A stretch of DNA of 64,000 nt from the human T2T-CHM13v2.0 reference genome, Homo sapiens, in NCBI GenBank assembly GCA_009914755.4, contig CP068257.2, positions 41,728,001-41,792,000 of the forward strand, written 5' to 3'. Both the position numbers and the translations under genes were made by a program. The notes under the pieces were generated by a model that was not told the origin of the DNA, did no database searches, and worked only from the letters and a program-made list of their open reading frames with translations. Shown piece after piece: positions 1 to 13,165 of this stretch; positions within the stretch are counted from its first letter, which is position 1; each line of letters starts with the position of its first letter.

Positions 1-8
1 CCCTCAGA

Positions 9-150
9 GGACAGCAGTGGTGTTTACCCCCACAGTGCGGGCAGCCTGTGGTGAATGACAGCAGTGGGGCTTACACCCACAGTGCGGGCAGCCTGTGGTG
101 AATGACAGCAGTGGGGCTTACACCCACAGTGCGGGCAGCCTGTGGTGAAT
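9..150. repeat. 47-bp tandem repeat, ~3 copies (cagcagtggggcttacacccacagtgcgggcagcctgtggtgaatga)
   Basis: Three near-identical consecutive units read directly at 9, 56 and 103. Confidence 0.8.
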
Positions 151-2842
151 GAGTGTGTCTGGGCCTCCCCCGGGGGCTTCGGCACCCGCTTCCCTGTTTC
201 ACCTTGTCTATCTGAGCATCGGTAGGAAGATGGCAATACCTCTGCTGAATTTCATCCTCTGAAAGGCGGAAACCAAACCCTCAGAGCCAGGTGAAGCCAA
301 AAAGAAGGGACCCCTGACGGCTAGAAAGAGCGGCCCCAGAGCCGCACCGTGGGATGAGCCAATGGCACGTCCCGGTCGCCGGCCGGGTGTGGTGCTGCCC
401 GGAGCCACAGAGCTGCCAGGGCTTGCACACGTCTCTGGCCATGACGCATGTTTTGGTCAGGACCAGGCCTGGAATTTGGTTCTCACTTTACTGAGAAACC
501 TGGCAGCTTCTCAGGCCACCGCCCAGGTCACCTGCTCACCAGCAACGTGAACCACAGGAACGGAGGCTGTGCGGGAGGCGGCTCTGCTCTGTGCTGGGCC
601 CCCCTCCTCCTCACTCACCCTCTTCAGTCAAAGAAAAAACGAAATGGGGCCGCATAAGAGTAATGCAAAAGTCAACGTTTCTGGATTTTCAAGTTTTCCA
701 GACAGAGCTGGAAACCTGGGTTTCATGTCAACTCTCCCACGTGGTCAAGAGTTGAAGTCCTGGCCTGGCCACTCATCAGCCTGGGACAAGCTCCAGACTT
801 GCTCCAATTAGGTTTAAGAGCCTTGACAAATGGTGGTGTTTGCTGGGGACGGAAGTGGTTGGGGGAGGAGGGGCTTTCAGTGAAGATCCGAAGTTCCTGT
901 GAGATGTATCCAAGGACTGATGCCCGTGAGATGCCAGGACCCTGGGGCTCCGTCGTCCTCAGGCCTGGGCCCACAGGGCTCTGCACCAGACCTTGGAGCC
1001 CCTGGCCCAGCACACCCCACTAGCGGGGCCCCTGACCCTGCCCCACCCAGGCTCAGGACCCACTGACCGTCTGCTGGGGCCAGTCCCTCAGCCACATCTT
1101 CCAGCCCGGCCACCTGGCCCCTGCTCGGGCCAAGCGTTCAGACTACAAAGGTGTTTGCTGTTTGTCTGAAATTCAAACTGAGCCGGGCATTTGTGGTGTC
1201 TTCTCTGTCACCCCATGGAGGACCCCACTGGAGTCTCCGTTCTTAGGATCTGTAGGAGGCCATGACCCAGGCAGCCGCGGCTCACCCCGCATACAGGCAA
1301 AAGGAGAAAGCTCCAGCTCCAGCAACCTGAGTTCACCTTGGCCCTCCTGTGCCCAGAGGCAGGGCTCTTACAGTGAAGGGTCTGTGCCTCTTCCCCAGGC
1401 AGGCGTGTGTCTTCCTCGGCTTCCTGTGGTCCCTGTCTTGTGCTGGGGACCCCTCACAGGCCTGCTGGCCCTGGGATCCGGCTCTAGTTCAGAGGAGGCT
1501 GCCAAAAGGCAACTGGGCTGCTCTGAGCACAGGGTGAATCTAGTCAGGGGATGGGGTTGACAGCTGCTGCCTGGGATGGGGTTGACAGTTGCTGCCTGGG
1601 GTCATCTCTCTGGGGGACCCTCCACCACCAGTGTTGCTGAGTGTTTCACTCCTGGTCCCTCCGCTTTTCCCAAGAGGGATGCTCCAGTACTCCAGGGGTT
1701 TAAACTTGGCTCAAATTGCACCAGCTCCCAGGAGGACCACCAGCATGTGCAGAGGTCACCCTCTGGCTCCAATGGGGGCTCTTGTCGCCCCGCCACCCTG
1801 CCCGCACTCTGCGGTCACCTCTTCAGAGTGACCACCCCCTCTGTTGGAGTGGGCAAAGGAGACGTTGTCCTGGGGCAAGGGGTAAAGGAGACTATCTGGC
1901 CTCCTTGCGAAGTGGCCTGCGGCCCCCGCCCACCCAAGCTCCTGAGCAGTGGGTGGTGTGCGAGTCTTGCCCTGGGAGGACCCTGCTCCACCCCAGGCAA
2001 GGACCTAGCACCCCCAGCCAGGACATCCGCCTCACCTTCCCGTCCACAGAGCAGCTTCTCCAACACCATCCGCTCTTCCTGGGCCATCCTCCTGTCTCCC
2101 TCCTTCTGTGCCGATTTCTGCCTTTCGAGGCCCTGTCTGTGATTTTATAGAGTTTGGGAGAGGAGTGGGAGAGGAGCGAGAGAGGAGCAGAGAGGGAACC
2201 GGGCATTTGGGTTTTGCTGGGAGCACATGGCCGGCTCCCTTCTTTCTGCTATGTCCATCTGTTCCCTCATGGGACACACAAGCACCTTCCTGATGCCTGG
2301 GGCAGAGGTGGCTGGAGGTGGCCAGGGTTTCAGCCAGGGTCATGTGCCCATGGTGGCTGGTGAGGAGCGGTGTCTCACAGTGACCCTCCCATGCAGCAAG
2401 GGCCCCACTGTCTATGGTGGCACCTCCACAGCCGTGCATCTGACCCCTGGCCTCAGCACACATCCTGGCCATCCACATGCTCAGGGGTGCTGGGTCTCCC
2501 GCTGTGTCCCCGGGCCTAGAGCTCATGATGCTCGCAATAACGTATGAATGGGAGGAGTGAATTGGAGCCGGGGTCAGCCCAGAAGCCGGGACTGACCACC
2601 TGGAGATCAGGTTATAAAGCCACCACACAGGGATGTCATCTGAGTGTCCACTGACTCCTGGTGAGTGTTCCCACTGCCCCCGAGGCACCCTTTGTGGTCT
2701 CTGTCACAGAGAATCCAGCCTGCTCCGGGGGTGATGAAGCTGAGTTTGGGGAATGCTGTAGCCACTGTGGGCTGTCCTGGGCCTCTGGCTGGGCCCAGCG
2801 TCCTAAGCCCCACCACGCAGGGCACGTGACGTGCATTGGGTT

Positions 2843-3010
2843 GTGTCTCAGTCTGGTTTGTTTGGCTATAAAGGAATACCTGAGACTGGGCAATTTATAA
2901 GGAAAAGAGGTTTATTGAGCCCGCAGTGCTGCAGGCTGAGAAGTTCAAGGGTGTGGCCCTGACTCCCACTGAGGGCTTCCCAGCTGTGTCACACCACGGT
3001 GGAGAAGCTC
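2843..3010. repeat. Fragment of a dispersed repeat (family B; gggcaatttataaggaaaagaggtttattgagc...cagtgctgcaggctg...), family name not assigned
   Basis: Matches the fuller copy at 21305-21700 in this window. Confidence 0.4.
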
Positions 3011-4282
3011 AAAAGGGGAGAGGACACCTGCCAAGAGGGGAGATCCCGAGGGCCCAGGCCCCAAGCACCCTCTGTCTTTAGGGTCACCCTTTCAGGCAGG
3101 GTGGGGACCCCTGGGGAGGGCCGCCCACCGACCGTCCACCTTAGGGCCAGTCTCAGCCCCATGCACGATCCTCAGCATTGATTCGTACTGGTGGCTTGGA
3201 GACTGAGCTTGCGTCTAGTGAAGGGTCCTGTGTAGGCGGCCGACTCCCAGGCCCCACGCCCAGCTGGGGAGATGAGGAATGGAGGCTGCCATGGGTGTCT
3301 TCAGGGACTAGCCTGGCAAACCTGCACACTGTGCCACATGGCGCTCACAGCGCCTGGCACAGGCATCACCGCCTCCCACAGAGGCACTGAGGTCAGCGGG
3401 ATTAGGCTCCATCCAGGTCAGAGGGAGAGGGGGCAGAGGCAGCTGGAACCCCCCGAGCCATGCCTCTCGAGGTCACGAGCTTTCAGCCCCCAACATAGAG
3501 AAGAGAGGCCTCCCCAACTCGTCCCCCATGCCAAAGGCCTCCAGGTGCTGGGAGAGTGACCGGGGGTGAGCCCAGGCCCCTAGACTTCCTCACTATCATG
3601 GTTGGTTGGTGCCGAGCCCTGGGTACCTGGCCCTGGTGCCAGTAAGGGCAGGAAGCCCACGGGCCTTGCCTGGACTCTGAGGAGGGGCCCTCCGCATCAA
3701 CAGCTCCCCAGCCCCACAAGCTTCACTGGCTCCTCCATAACCCACTGTCATCTGCCCACCTCCTGCAGGGATGAGGCACCTGCGGGCCCTTCCCTCCGCT
3801 CTGTCACCCAGTCCCCATCGGAGCCCACCGGCTCAGCCCGCCTGCCTCCTCTGAGCTCTGCAGGCAGATCTGCCCTGCCCCCTACTCCACCTGCATGCTC
3901 CCAGGGCCTCCTTGGGAAAGCCCCACCTCGCAGCTCCCTGTGCACCTCCTGTATGGTAGGATTGTTGGGGTTCTTGTCCCTCCCTTTCCCTGAGGGTAGG
4001 GAATGTGTTTACATCATTCCGAGACTCCTGTCCCAGCAGGAGGTCAGGGACACACCCCAGGCCCCTGCAGGTGCTGCGAGCGAATACAGGAGGGGCTCAG
4101 GTCAGCAGGCTCCGCACAGCAACCAACCCAGGATCACGGGAAGGGTGTCCATGGACCCCTTGCCTCAGTTTCCATGTGCATAAGAGACTGAGGTAGCCAA
4201 TGAACGCTCAGGGCCCCTTCTAAGTCCCGCCAGTGGCAACAGGGTGATGGGTGTTATTCAAGTCATCATCTCCACTATGTAA

Positions 4283-4830
<548 letters not shown>

Positions 4831-5097
4831 TGAGAGGGCCCTTTCTTAGGATCACCGCTGCCAGAGGACACAGCCATGGCAGCCATCAGGCCTGCTGCAA
4901 ACAGAGCTGGCACTGAAGGTTTTCAAGCCCTCCCATGACAGAGTGCACAGTGGTCGAGGGTTCAGGTCACCCCCACCAACCTTGGGGCCAGAGGGGATGG
5001 CCTGACAGCCACCCCCAGACCTGGCCGCAGGATTCTGGCAGCAGCCTCTCCTCAGTGAAACCAGCAGACGAGCCAAGGGCCGTCCCAGTCACCAGCA

Positions 5098-5665
5098 GTT
5101 TTGGGTCCCATGCACACTTGGGTCCCTTGTGCACCTGTTGGGGAGGGGCATGCACAACTGAGTCCCATGCATACCTGGGTTCCATGCACACCTAAGTCCC
5201 ATGCACATCTGAGTCCCATGCACACCTGGGTCCCATGCACACCGGGGTTCCATGCACACCTAAGTCCCATGCACACCTGGGTCCCATGCACACATGCACA
5301 CCTGGGTCCCATGCACACCTGGGTTCCATGCACACCTAAGTCCCATGCATACCTGGGTCCCATGCATACCTGGGTTCCATGCACACCTAAGTCCCATGCA
5401 CAACTGGGTCCCATGCACACCTGGGTCCCATGCATACCTGGGTTCCATGCACACATGCACACCTGGGTCCCAAGCACACATGCACACCTGGGTCCCATGC
5501 ACACCTGGGTTCCATGCACACATACACACCTGGATCCTATGGACACCTGGGTCCCAGGTGCACCTAAGTCCCATGCACACCTGGGTCCCAGGCACACCTG
5601 AGTCCCATGCACACATGCACACCTGGGTTCCAGGCACACATGCACACCTGGGTCCCAGGCACACC
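5098..5665. repeat. Minisatellite, ~18-bp unit (gggtcccatgcacacctg and variants), ~30 copies
   Basis: Period-18 repetition read directly; produces repeat-derived ORFs on both strands (5052..5717 and 5101..5601). Confidence 0.85.
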
Positions 5666-7642
5666 TGGGCAAGCTGCTGGCTGCAGTGCAGGCAGTGATG
5701 ACAATTCTCCTAACCAAAGACCCGCTGGCACCAGCCTCGTACTTGATGATCCTTCAACTCTTTGCTGAGCACCTTCCATGCACGGCCCTCGGGGGAAAAG
5801 CCCTTGATGGAAGGGAGGTGGGCGCTAGAGACACAGGTGAGGAAGCCAAGCCTGTTCAGTAGCGATGGAGCTACAGGGAAAATAAAGCGGGAGCCCTGGG
5901 CATGGTGGTTTAAATAGGGAGGTCCTGCAGGAAGGTCCTGACATGCTGCTTTTGGGCAAAGACCTTCAGGCTTGGAGTGGCATGAAGCCTGGGGTCTGCA
6001 CGTCGGGGAGCTGCTGCCTCTGAGACAGACCCCAAGCAGAATCAGATTCGGGGTCCCAGATCCCCAACCCGCCACTGACGGTGACTCCCAGGCCAGGAGT
6101 GAAACCCACGCTCTCATTGCCTTGATTTCTCAGGGGGCTTCATGAATATTTTGGTGTCTGGGGCACCTGTGGACAGTGGAGGAGGGGTGAGGTTGGCCCT
6201 GTGTGAGGAGGAGTCCAGGAGAAACCTGCGGTTACGCAGCCACCTTGGCCTGCCTGACAGTCAGGTTCCGCCTGAGGCCACAGTGAGATTGTGGTACGGG
6301 ACCTTCCTGCTCGGTGATCCTCTGGAGGTCAGCTAGATGTCCTCTAGAAAGTCCGGCAAGGCCTGGAGTTGAGTGGCCCTGGCTAGTGTCCCAGGACCGG
6401 CCCGGGCCTCCCGTGGAGGAAAGGGTGTCCAGGAGGGGAGTCGGGGCAGGGACATACAGGGCATCTCCGACCTGGAGGAGGTCCCCCCGCTGCAGAGGTC
6501 TCTGGGGATGAAAGCGGGGAGTCCCTGTCTTGACCACACCTGAACCCTACAGGAGGCTTCAAGGGCAGGTGGGCGGTGGGCTGAGGGGGTGCTGAGTCTT
6601 TGGCCTCTGAGGCGGTGCCCCATCTGTGCGGCACTGGGGGGCTTCAGATCAGCCTCCTGGCAGCCCTCCCTGCTGACCCCTCAAAGCTGTCCAACCTCGG
6701 GGGTGGGGGTCCCGAGCCCCCTTCTCTAGAAGCCCCTTGGCCCTTCCTGGACTGAGGAGCAACTTGCGGCTCTCCCGGCCCTGCCCTGTGTGTGACGGGA
6801 GGGGGACTTTGCCTCAGTTTTGTGCAGGATGGGTCACACCTGCGTCCAGAGAGAATGGGGCTGAGCTCTGCCCCGTTGACAATTATGCCCCAAAAGGACG
6901 CTGAGAATGTGCGAGTGTCTCTCCTAAAAGTGCTACCCTTTCCCTCGGCCGGGAGGGAGGGGGGCAGGCCAGGACTTGGAGGTACCGTGTGGGCAAGAGG
7001 GTTGTTGTCATAGCTCCTGGGTGGCGGGAGCAGGAAAGCTGGAGCCCAGTAGGAAGCAGTCCCCAGGTTCCCACCGGCTGATTCTAGGGTGAGGGCGAGT
7101 GGGCGCAGAGGAAGTGCCAGCCCTTCTGGGGAGCCCCCGAGGCTGTAGCAGGGCCAGCTGGAAACCACCCCTCAGTGAACACACAGCCTGTGCCTTCTGG
7201 GGCTGGGAGGTCAGGGCACCTCTGCCCAGAGGGCTCCTAAGCTGCCTGGGGAGCATCTCCTGCTGGTCACGAAACCCCAGGGAGCCCTGGGCCCCACCCG
7301 GCAGGCACAGAGAGCGCTTTGCCACCCAAGACCGAGTTGTCTCCTTCTAACACCACGGTGCACCCCCAGAGGCTGCAGTCAGGAGGGGACAGGGCAGAGG
7401 TGTTGTCCCCAAGCACCCTTGCTCCACAGGGCTGGAAAAGAACAGAACTGTCTGGAGTTACTGGTAGTTGCCTTGAGGGGCGATGAGGGAGGGCACATCG
7501 CCTGCCCTGTGGCAGAGAAGAGGCAGGCGCCGGGGCCTTCTGGAAGGCGGTGGGGGTCTCGTTAACCCTCCCAGAAGCAGCAGCTTTCCCACTGTGCAAG
7601 TACAGGCCCCCCAGGACCTGCCAGAGGCACCAAAACCACGGG

Positions 7643-7765
7643 TCTCCGTGTGTGTGTGTGTGCATGCTGTGTGCACGTGTATGCATGTGTGTGCCTACGT
7701 GTGTGCCTGTGTGTGCCTATGTGTGCTATGTGCATGTGTGTGGTGTGTGCCTGTGTACAGGCCTG
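7643..7765. repeat. GT-rich imperfect microsatellite / low complexity ((GT)n with GTGC, GTAT interruptions)
   Basis: Read directly. Confidence 0.7.
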
Positions 7766-8861
7766 TCCCTTAGCAATTGTTGCAGGCCCCATTCCCCCGG
7801 GAGACAAGCACTCCTCCCTGCAGCTGTCACCTCACACCCCAGGGCCAGCAGGATGTCTCAGCCCCCTCACCACCCTGCTTCGGTCTCCCGGTCTGTCAAC
7901 TGGGGCCATTCGATGAGCCTCACCTGAGGTCTCTGCAGACGGCCTGTCCAGGTGGCAGGTGACGAATGCCCGGACACTGGTGGAATCCTATTCCCGGCCC
8001 TCCCAGGACTCACTCCAACTCCACAGGCCTTGGGTTGGGGCCCAGACACCTGCCCCTCCTCAAGCTTTCAGGGAAGCTGAGGCGGCCTGGTCTTTGCAGG
8101 CAGGTGCAGTGCCATAGTGCACAGCACCCCACCATGACCAGCAGCTGAAACCCCCTTTCCAGCCGCCAAGGCCACCCCACCCGACTTCTCACGGTGTGGC
8201 CTCCTGCGGTGTTTCGGTTTTGTGTAAATGGGGTCCCCGCTGCCCCCTCCCATGCTCCTGCACTGGGCCATGCCGAGCAGTGTGTGGTCAGGGCTGTCCC
8301 GCCTGGGTGGGTGTTTGGGGGTTTCCGGTGTGGGCTGTGTGGGCCGGAGCTGCCGAGAGCGGGCTTCTGATTTCTGGTTCACGGATGTGCTGCCGGGCCC
8401 CAAGGGTGTGTTAGTTCTGCGTTAGCCAAAGCACCAAGACGATGATGTCCCCAGCCGGACTAAGAAGCACGGGGAATGGGTGTCCATAAAGAAGGAGCCG
8501 TGCCTGGGCAGAGGGCTGTGCTCGCCCAAGGACAGCGACCCGCGCTCCCCACTTCCTCTCTGGGGACTGGGGGTGGAGGTGCCCCAGAGGCCCCACCAAA
8601 GGCAGCCTGAACGGGCCTCCTGAGCCAATGCAGGGCCCCAGGATACTGCTCGGCAGGGCCCTGGAATCGCTTCCCCAGCCCGCCTGCACTTGGCCAGACA
8701 AACTGTGTGTTCGTTTGCCTGTTTGTGTGCTTTTGTGGGTGCCAAGCTAGAAGCCACTGAATCTGATCTGTCCCAAGCCACTTGAGCAGCCATTCCTGAC
8801 ACGCGCCACACTGGGCACTGCCCTGGACACCTGCGGGGTCAGAAAGGAGGAACCAGACGCC

Positions 8862-9050
8862 CGGACCTGCCCCCTAGACCCATGGCCTGGCCCGAGGGAG
8901 AGGTGCATGGCTGGCACAGATGCACGGACCTGCCCCCTGGACCTATGGCCTGGCCAGAGGGAGAGGTGCACGGCTGGCACGGACACACAGACTTGCCCCC
9001 TGGACCCATGGCCTGGCCCGAGGGAGAAGTGCACGGCTCGCATGGAAGGC
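8862..9050. repeat. 63-bp tandem repeat, 3 copies
   Basis: Unit boundaries at 8870, 8933 and 8996; the + ORF 8882..9199 shows a 21-aa repeat MAWPEGEVHGWH...DLPPGP three times. Confidence 0.8.
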
Positions 9051-11105
9051 CACACATTCCCATCTTGAGGGCAAAGACACCAGGTGTGTGGCAAGGCAGG
9101 TGGTCACTCGAGGACACTGCAGAAGCTGCCGGCACTCCCTGGGGCCCTATAAGCAGAAACCCTGCCCAGGGACCTCCTATGGGCTCCAGCTCACATTAAT
9201 TTCTAGACAGTTCCATTGCGGCTTCGGTGCTTGGTTGGTTTGTCTCCCTGTGGTGAGCACTTTGCCCAGCACTGGAGAAGTTCATGGGCCACTCGCACCT
9301 GCCTCTGCTCGCTGAAGGCCTTTTTCCCCAGAGGAAGAGACGCCTCGCTCTCCACAGCTTTCCACTTCAGAGGTCCTTGGAGACTCCACAGGAAATCCCA
9401 CCAGGAATTTGGGGGTGGAGGCAGCTCTGTTCCCCTGCACCCCAGCTCTGGGCCAGCCCCTTGGCAAGGCCCCTTGGGGGACCCACGTAGAGGGCAGGGG
9501 GACCAGGAGCACCCAGCGTCCCAGAGCAGCCCCTCCTCTGGAGAAGCCATGACTGGCTGAAGTTAAGGGGCCTTAAGAAAACAAGCTCTGTGGACCTTAA
9601 ATGTTTGCTGCTGTCCGAGAGGAGAGTGGAGCACCAGAAGCCATAGACGTCGGTCGGGAGGAGCTGGGTGTCCCTCCCCAGCCCCAAGCCACCAGGGATG
9701 CCGAGGAGAACACAGGCTAGGAGAAGCCCCCTCCCCACCCTCTGCCTGGCTCCAGCTTCCGGGAGACGCCCACCCCCTCTTCTCTCCTTCTCCTTCCATC
9801 CTTCCGGAGGCTTCCCGGACTTCCCTGCTCTACCACACACACTGTTGGCCAAAATTTACTTTTAAGTATTGATAGAAAAGTCTCTTACTGATAGTATCGT
9901 GTGTATTTTTGGGATAATTGAATTCCGCGAGGTGCTTTGTTTTGTTTTTACATGAGCTAGTGGGTCTGGAAGAACCTTCCACAGAGGAGCCCCCGGCTCT
10001 GCTCCCAAGCCCTGTCTCTTCCTAACTCCTCGGACTTGAAACTGCCCGGACACGACCTCTGACCCTGCAGGTGTGCAGGGGCAGTTTCCCGGAAGCCATT
10101 CCTGTTCTGGACAGCTGTGAGGTACCCATAAGTGACCATGAGCCATCTGCACAGTCATCCCATAACCCCAACTAGATACAGTTTGGGTATCTGTGCCCCC
10201 CAAACTGTGCCAACAAGGGGAGGGTGCCTGGGGTGGGGAGAGAGGCTGCCGGGTAGAGAGCGTCAGGTGGGAAACAGGACTGGGCTACACACTTTTGTGG
10301 AGTTTGCACCACTCACACCACTCACACCAGCTGCCAGAACACTTCCTGTCCAGGGCCCAGCGCCTCTGGCAGGTGGGAGCCCCATTCAGTGACCGTGGCC
10401 CCGCCCCCCTCCCCCGAGCCTCCAAAGAAAGGAGCCGTTGTTTATCCAGCAACAAGCCGTGTGGATAGTGAGGATCCCGGGAGGGGACAAGGAGCAACTG
10501 AACACTGGCTCCATGGGACAAAGGCACCGGCTCTCAGTCTCCAGAGTGTGGTCCCCTGGCTTGTTGAGAAACCCCGCGGGACTGGGGAGGGGGAAGGGGG
10601 CAGGGGGCAGAGCAGGTGTGACTAGGACCCAATAGCCAGCGTATGTGTGGCTGGTGCAGTGCTACTTCCGTCCCCCTCCTGAGCCCCCCTTGAATCAAAT
10701 GGCACCGTCACCCCTGCAGAGCGCGAGAAGCCACCCGCCCGGGAGCTGCTAAACGTCATTAAGTCCCTACGGTGACGGTGACGCAGGCACTGAAAGCTCT
10801 GAGAAATAGGCCGGCAGAGGGAGGGAGGGAGGGATCCAGGATGCCAGGCCTTTGTGTCCCCGTCACGCCAGGCTCAGGGACGTCGGGGACATCGTCTGAG
10901 CCAGGAAAGAAGGAGGCTGGGGGCTGGGCCCAGGGCAGGGGCCCTGTGTGTATAGGAAGGGAAGCCCCGGGCAGGGAGCCCAGCCCTCCGAACGCAGCCT
11001 GCTAAGGGCACCGGGAATTAAGACGTGAAAGGCACACAGCAGAACGCGCGTGGGCCTCGAAAGGCTCCCTCGGAGCTCTTCATGGGCTGGCCCCAGGAGT
11101 GTTAG

Positions 11106-11627
<522 letters not shown>

Positions 11628-12049
11628 AAGGCCAATTTTTAGATACCCATTTTAGACACCCATCCCAGGCTGTGTTCAGGAAAAAGTGAGGTGGGGTGTC
11701 AGGAGCTGTGTGAGCCTTGTGGTGCTGAGTGGCCATGGGCAAGCCCCTGCCCTCTGGGCCTCGGCTGGGACACAGGTGTCCCTCCCCTGGCTGGAATCAT
11801 GCCCAGCATGGGCCCATCCGGCTCCGCCCTGCCCCCCGGCCTCACCTGAGCTCACCACACACAGGCCCATCAGGGAAGCGGGACTGGGCACTCCCTGGCA
11901 CCCCCGAGAGCCGGGGCCAGGCAGAGAGGCCACACAGGCCCACCTGTGCCCAGGTAGGCAGGTCCCGTAGAACCTGGACAGGTGCATGACCTGGGCAGGG
12001 GTGACAGCAGAAACACAGCTCCTCATTAAAGAGAAAACCTCATCCTGGA

Positions 12050-13165
12050 TGTGTGCGTGGGTGTGAGTGTGCTTACTTGTGAGTGTATGGGAGAATGTGT
12101 GTGTGGGTGTGAATGGGTGTGATGTCAGCGAGGGTGTATTTTGACAGAGAGTGCTGCTAGGTGTGTGAGTGTATGTATGAAATCACCTCTAATTGTGCAT
12201 ATGACTGCTGTGAGATGATGTTGGGTGTCTGATGGGTGTGTGGTGTGTGCGAGATGATGTGTGGGTGTCTGGTGAGTGTGTAGTGTGTGTGAGATGATGT
12301 TGGGTGTCTGATGGGTGTGTGGTGTGTGTGAGATGATGTGTGGGTGTCTGGTGAGTGTGTGGTGTGTGAGATGATGTGTGGGTGTCTGATGGGTGTGTGG
12401 TGTGTGTGAGATGGTGTGTGGGTGTCTGATGAGGGAGTGTGTGCTGTGTGTAACCATGTGTCTCTGGTATGTGTGTTATGTATGTGAGTGTGTGGGGAGG
12501 TTATGTCTTTGTGGTGTGTATTGTGTGTACCCATGTTGTGTGTGTTTCTCTGTGTGTCCATGGTGTGTTCACAACGTGTACCAGTGGTGTGTGTGTCCAT
12601 GGTGTGTGTGTGTGTGGTGTGTGTCCCTGGTGTGTGTGGTGTGCGTCCCTGGTGTTTGTGTGTCCCTGATGTGTGTGCATCCCTGGTGTGTGTATGGGTC
12701 CCTGGTGTGTGTGCTGTGCGTCCCTGGTGTGTGTGCATCCCTTGTGTGTCTGTCCCTGGTGTGTGTCCCTGGTGTGTGTGGTGTGTGTCCCTGGTGTGTG
12801 TGTGGTGTGTGTGTCCCTGGTGTGTGTGTGTCCCTGGTGTGTGTGTTTGCGGGGGTCCCTGGTGTGTGTGGTGTGCGTCCCTGGAGTGTGTGTGGGTCCC
12901 TGGTGTGTGTGTGGGTCCCTGGTGTGTGTGGTATGCATCCCTGGTGTGTGTGTGGTGTGCATCCCCGGTGTGTGTGTGTGTGTCCCTGGTGTGTGCAGGG
13001 GTCCCTGGTGTGTGTGGTGTGCGTCCCTGGTGTGTGTGGGTGTCCCTGGTGTGTGTGGTGTGCGTCCGTGGTGTGTGTGGGTGTCCCTGGTGTGTGTGGT
13101 GTGCGTCCCTGGTGTGTGTGGTGTGTGTCCCTGGTGTGTGTGTGTCTGTCCCTGACGTGTGTGTG
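12050..13165. repeat. Composite GT-rich minisatellite (~1.1 kb): a ~60-bp subarray (gagatgatgtgtgggtgtctggtgagtgtgtggtgtgtgt, 12200-12440) followed by a 20-25-bp subarray (tccctggtgtgtgtggtgtgcg, 12440-13160)
   Basis: Hierarchical periodicity read directly; source of the 300-450 aa repeat-artefact ORFs on both strands. Confidence 0.85.

Noticed and set aside
5052-5717. 221-aa (-), 166-aa and 134-aa (+) ORFs
   Set aside because: 18-bp minisatellite artefacts with periodic peptide sequence.
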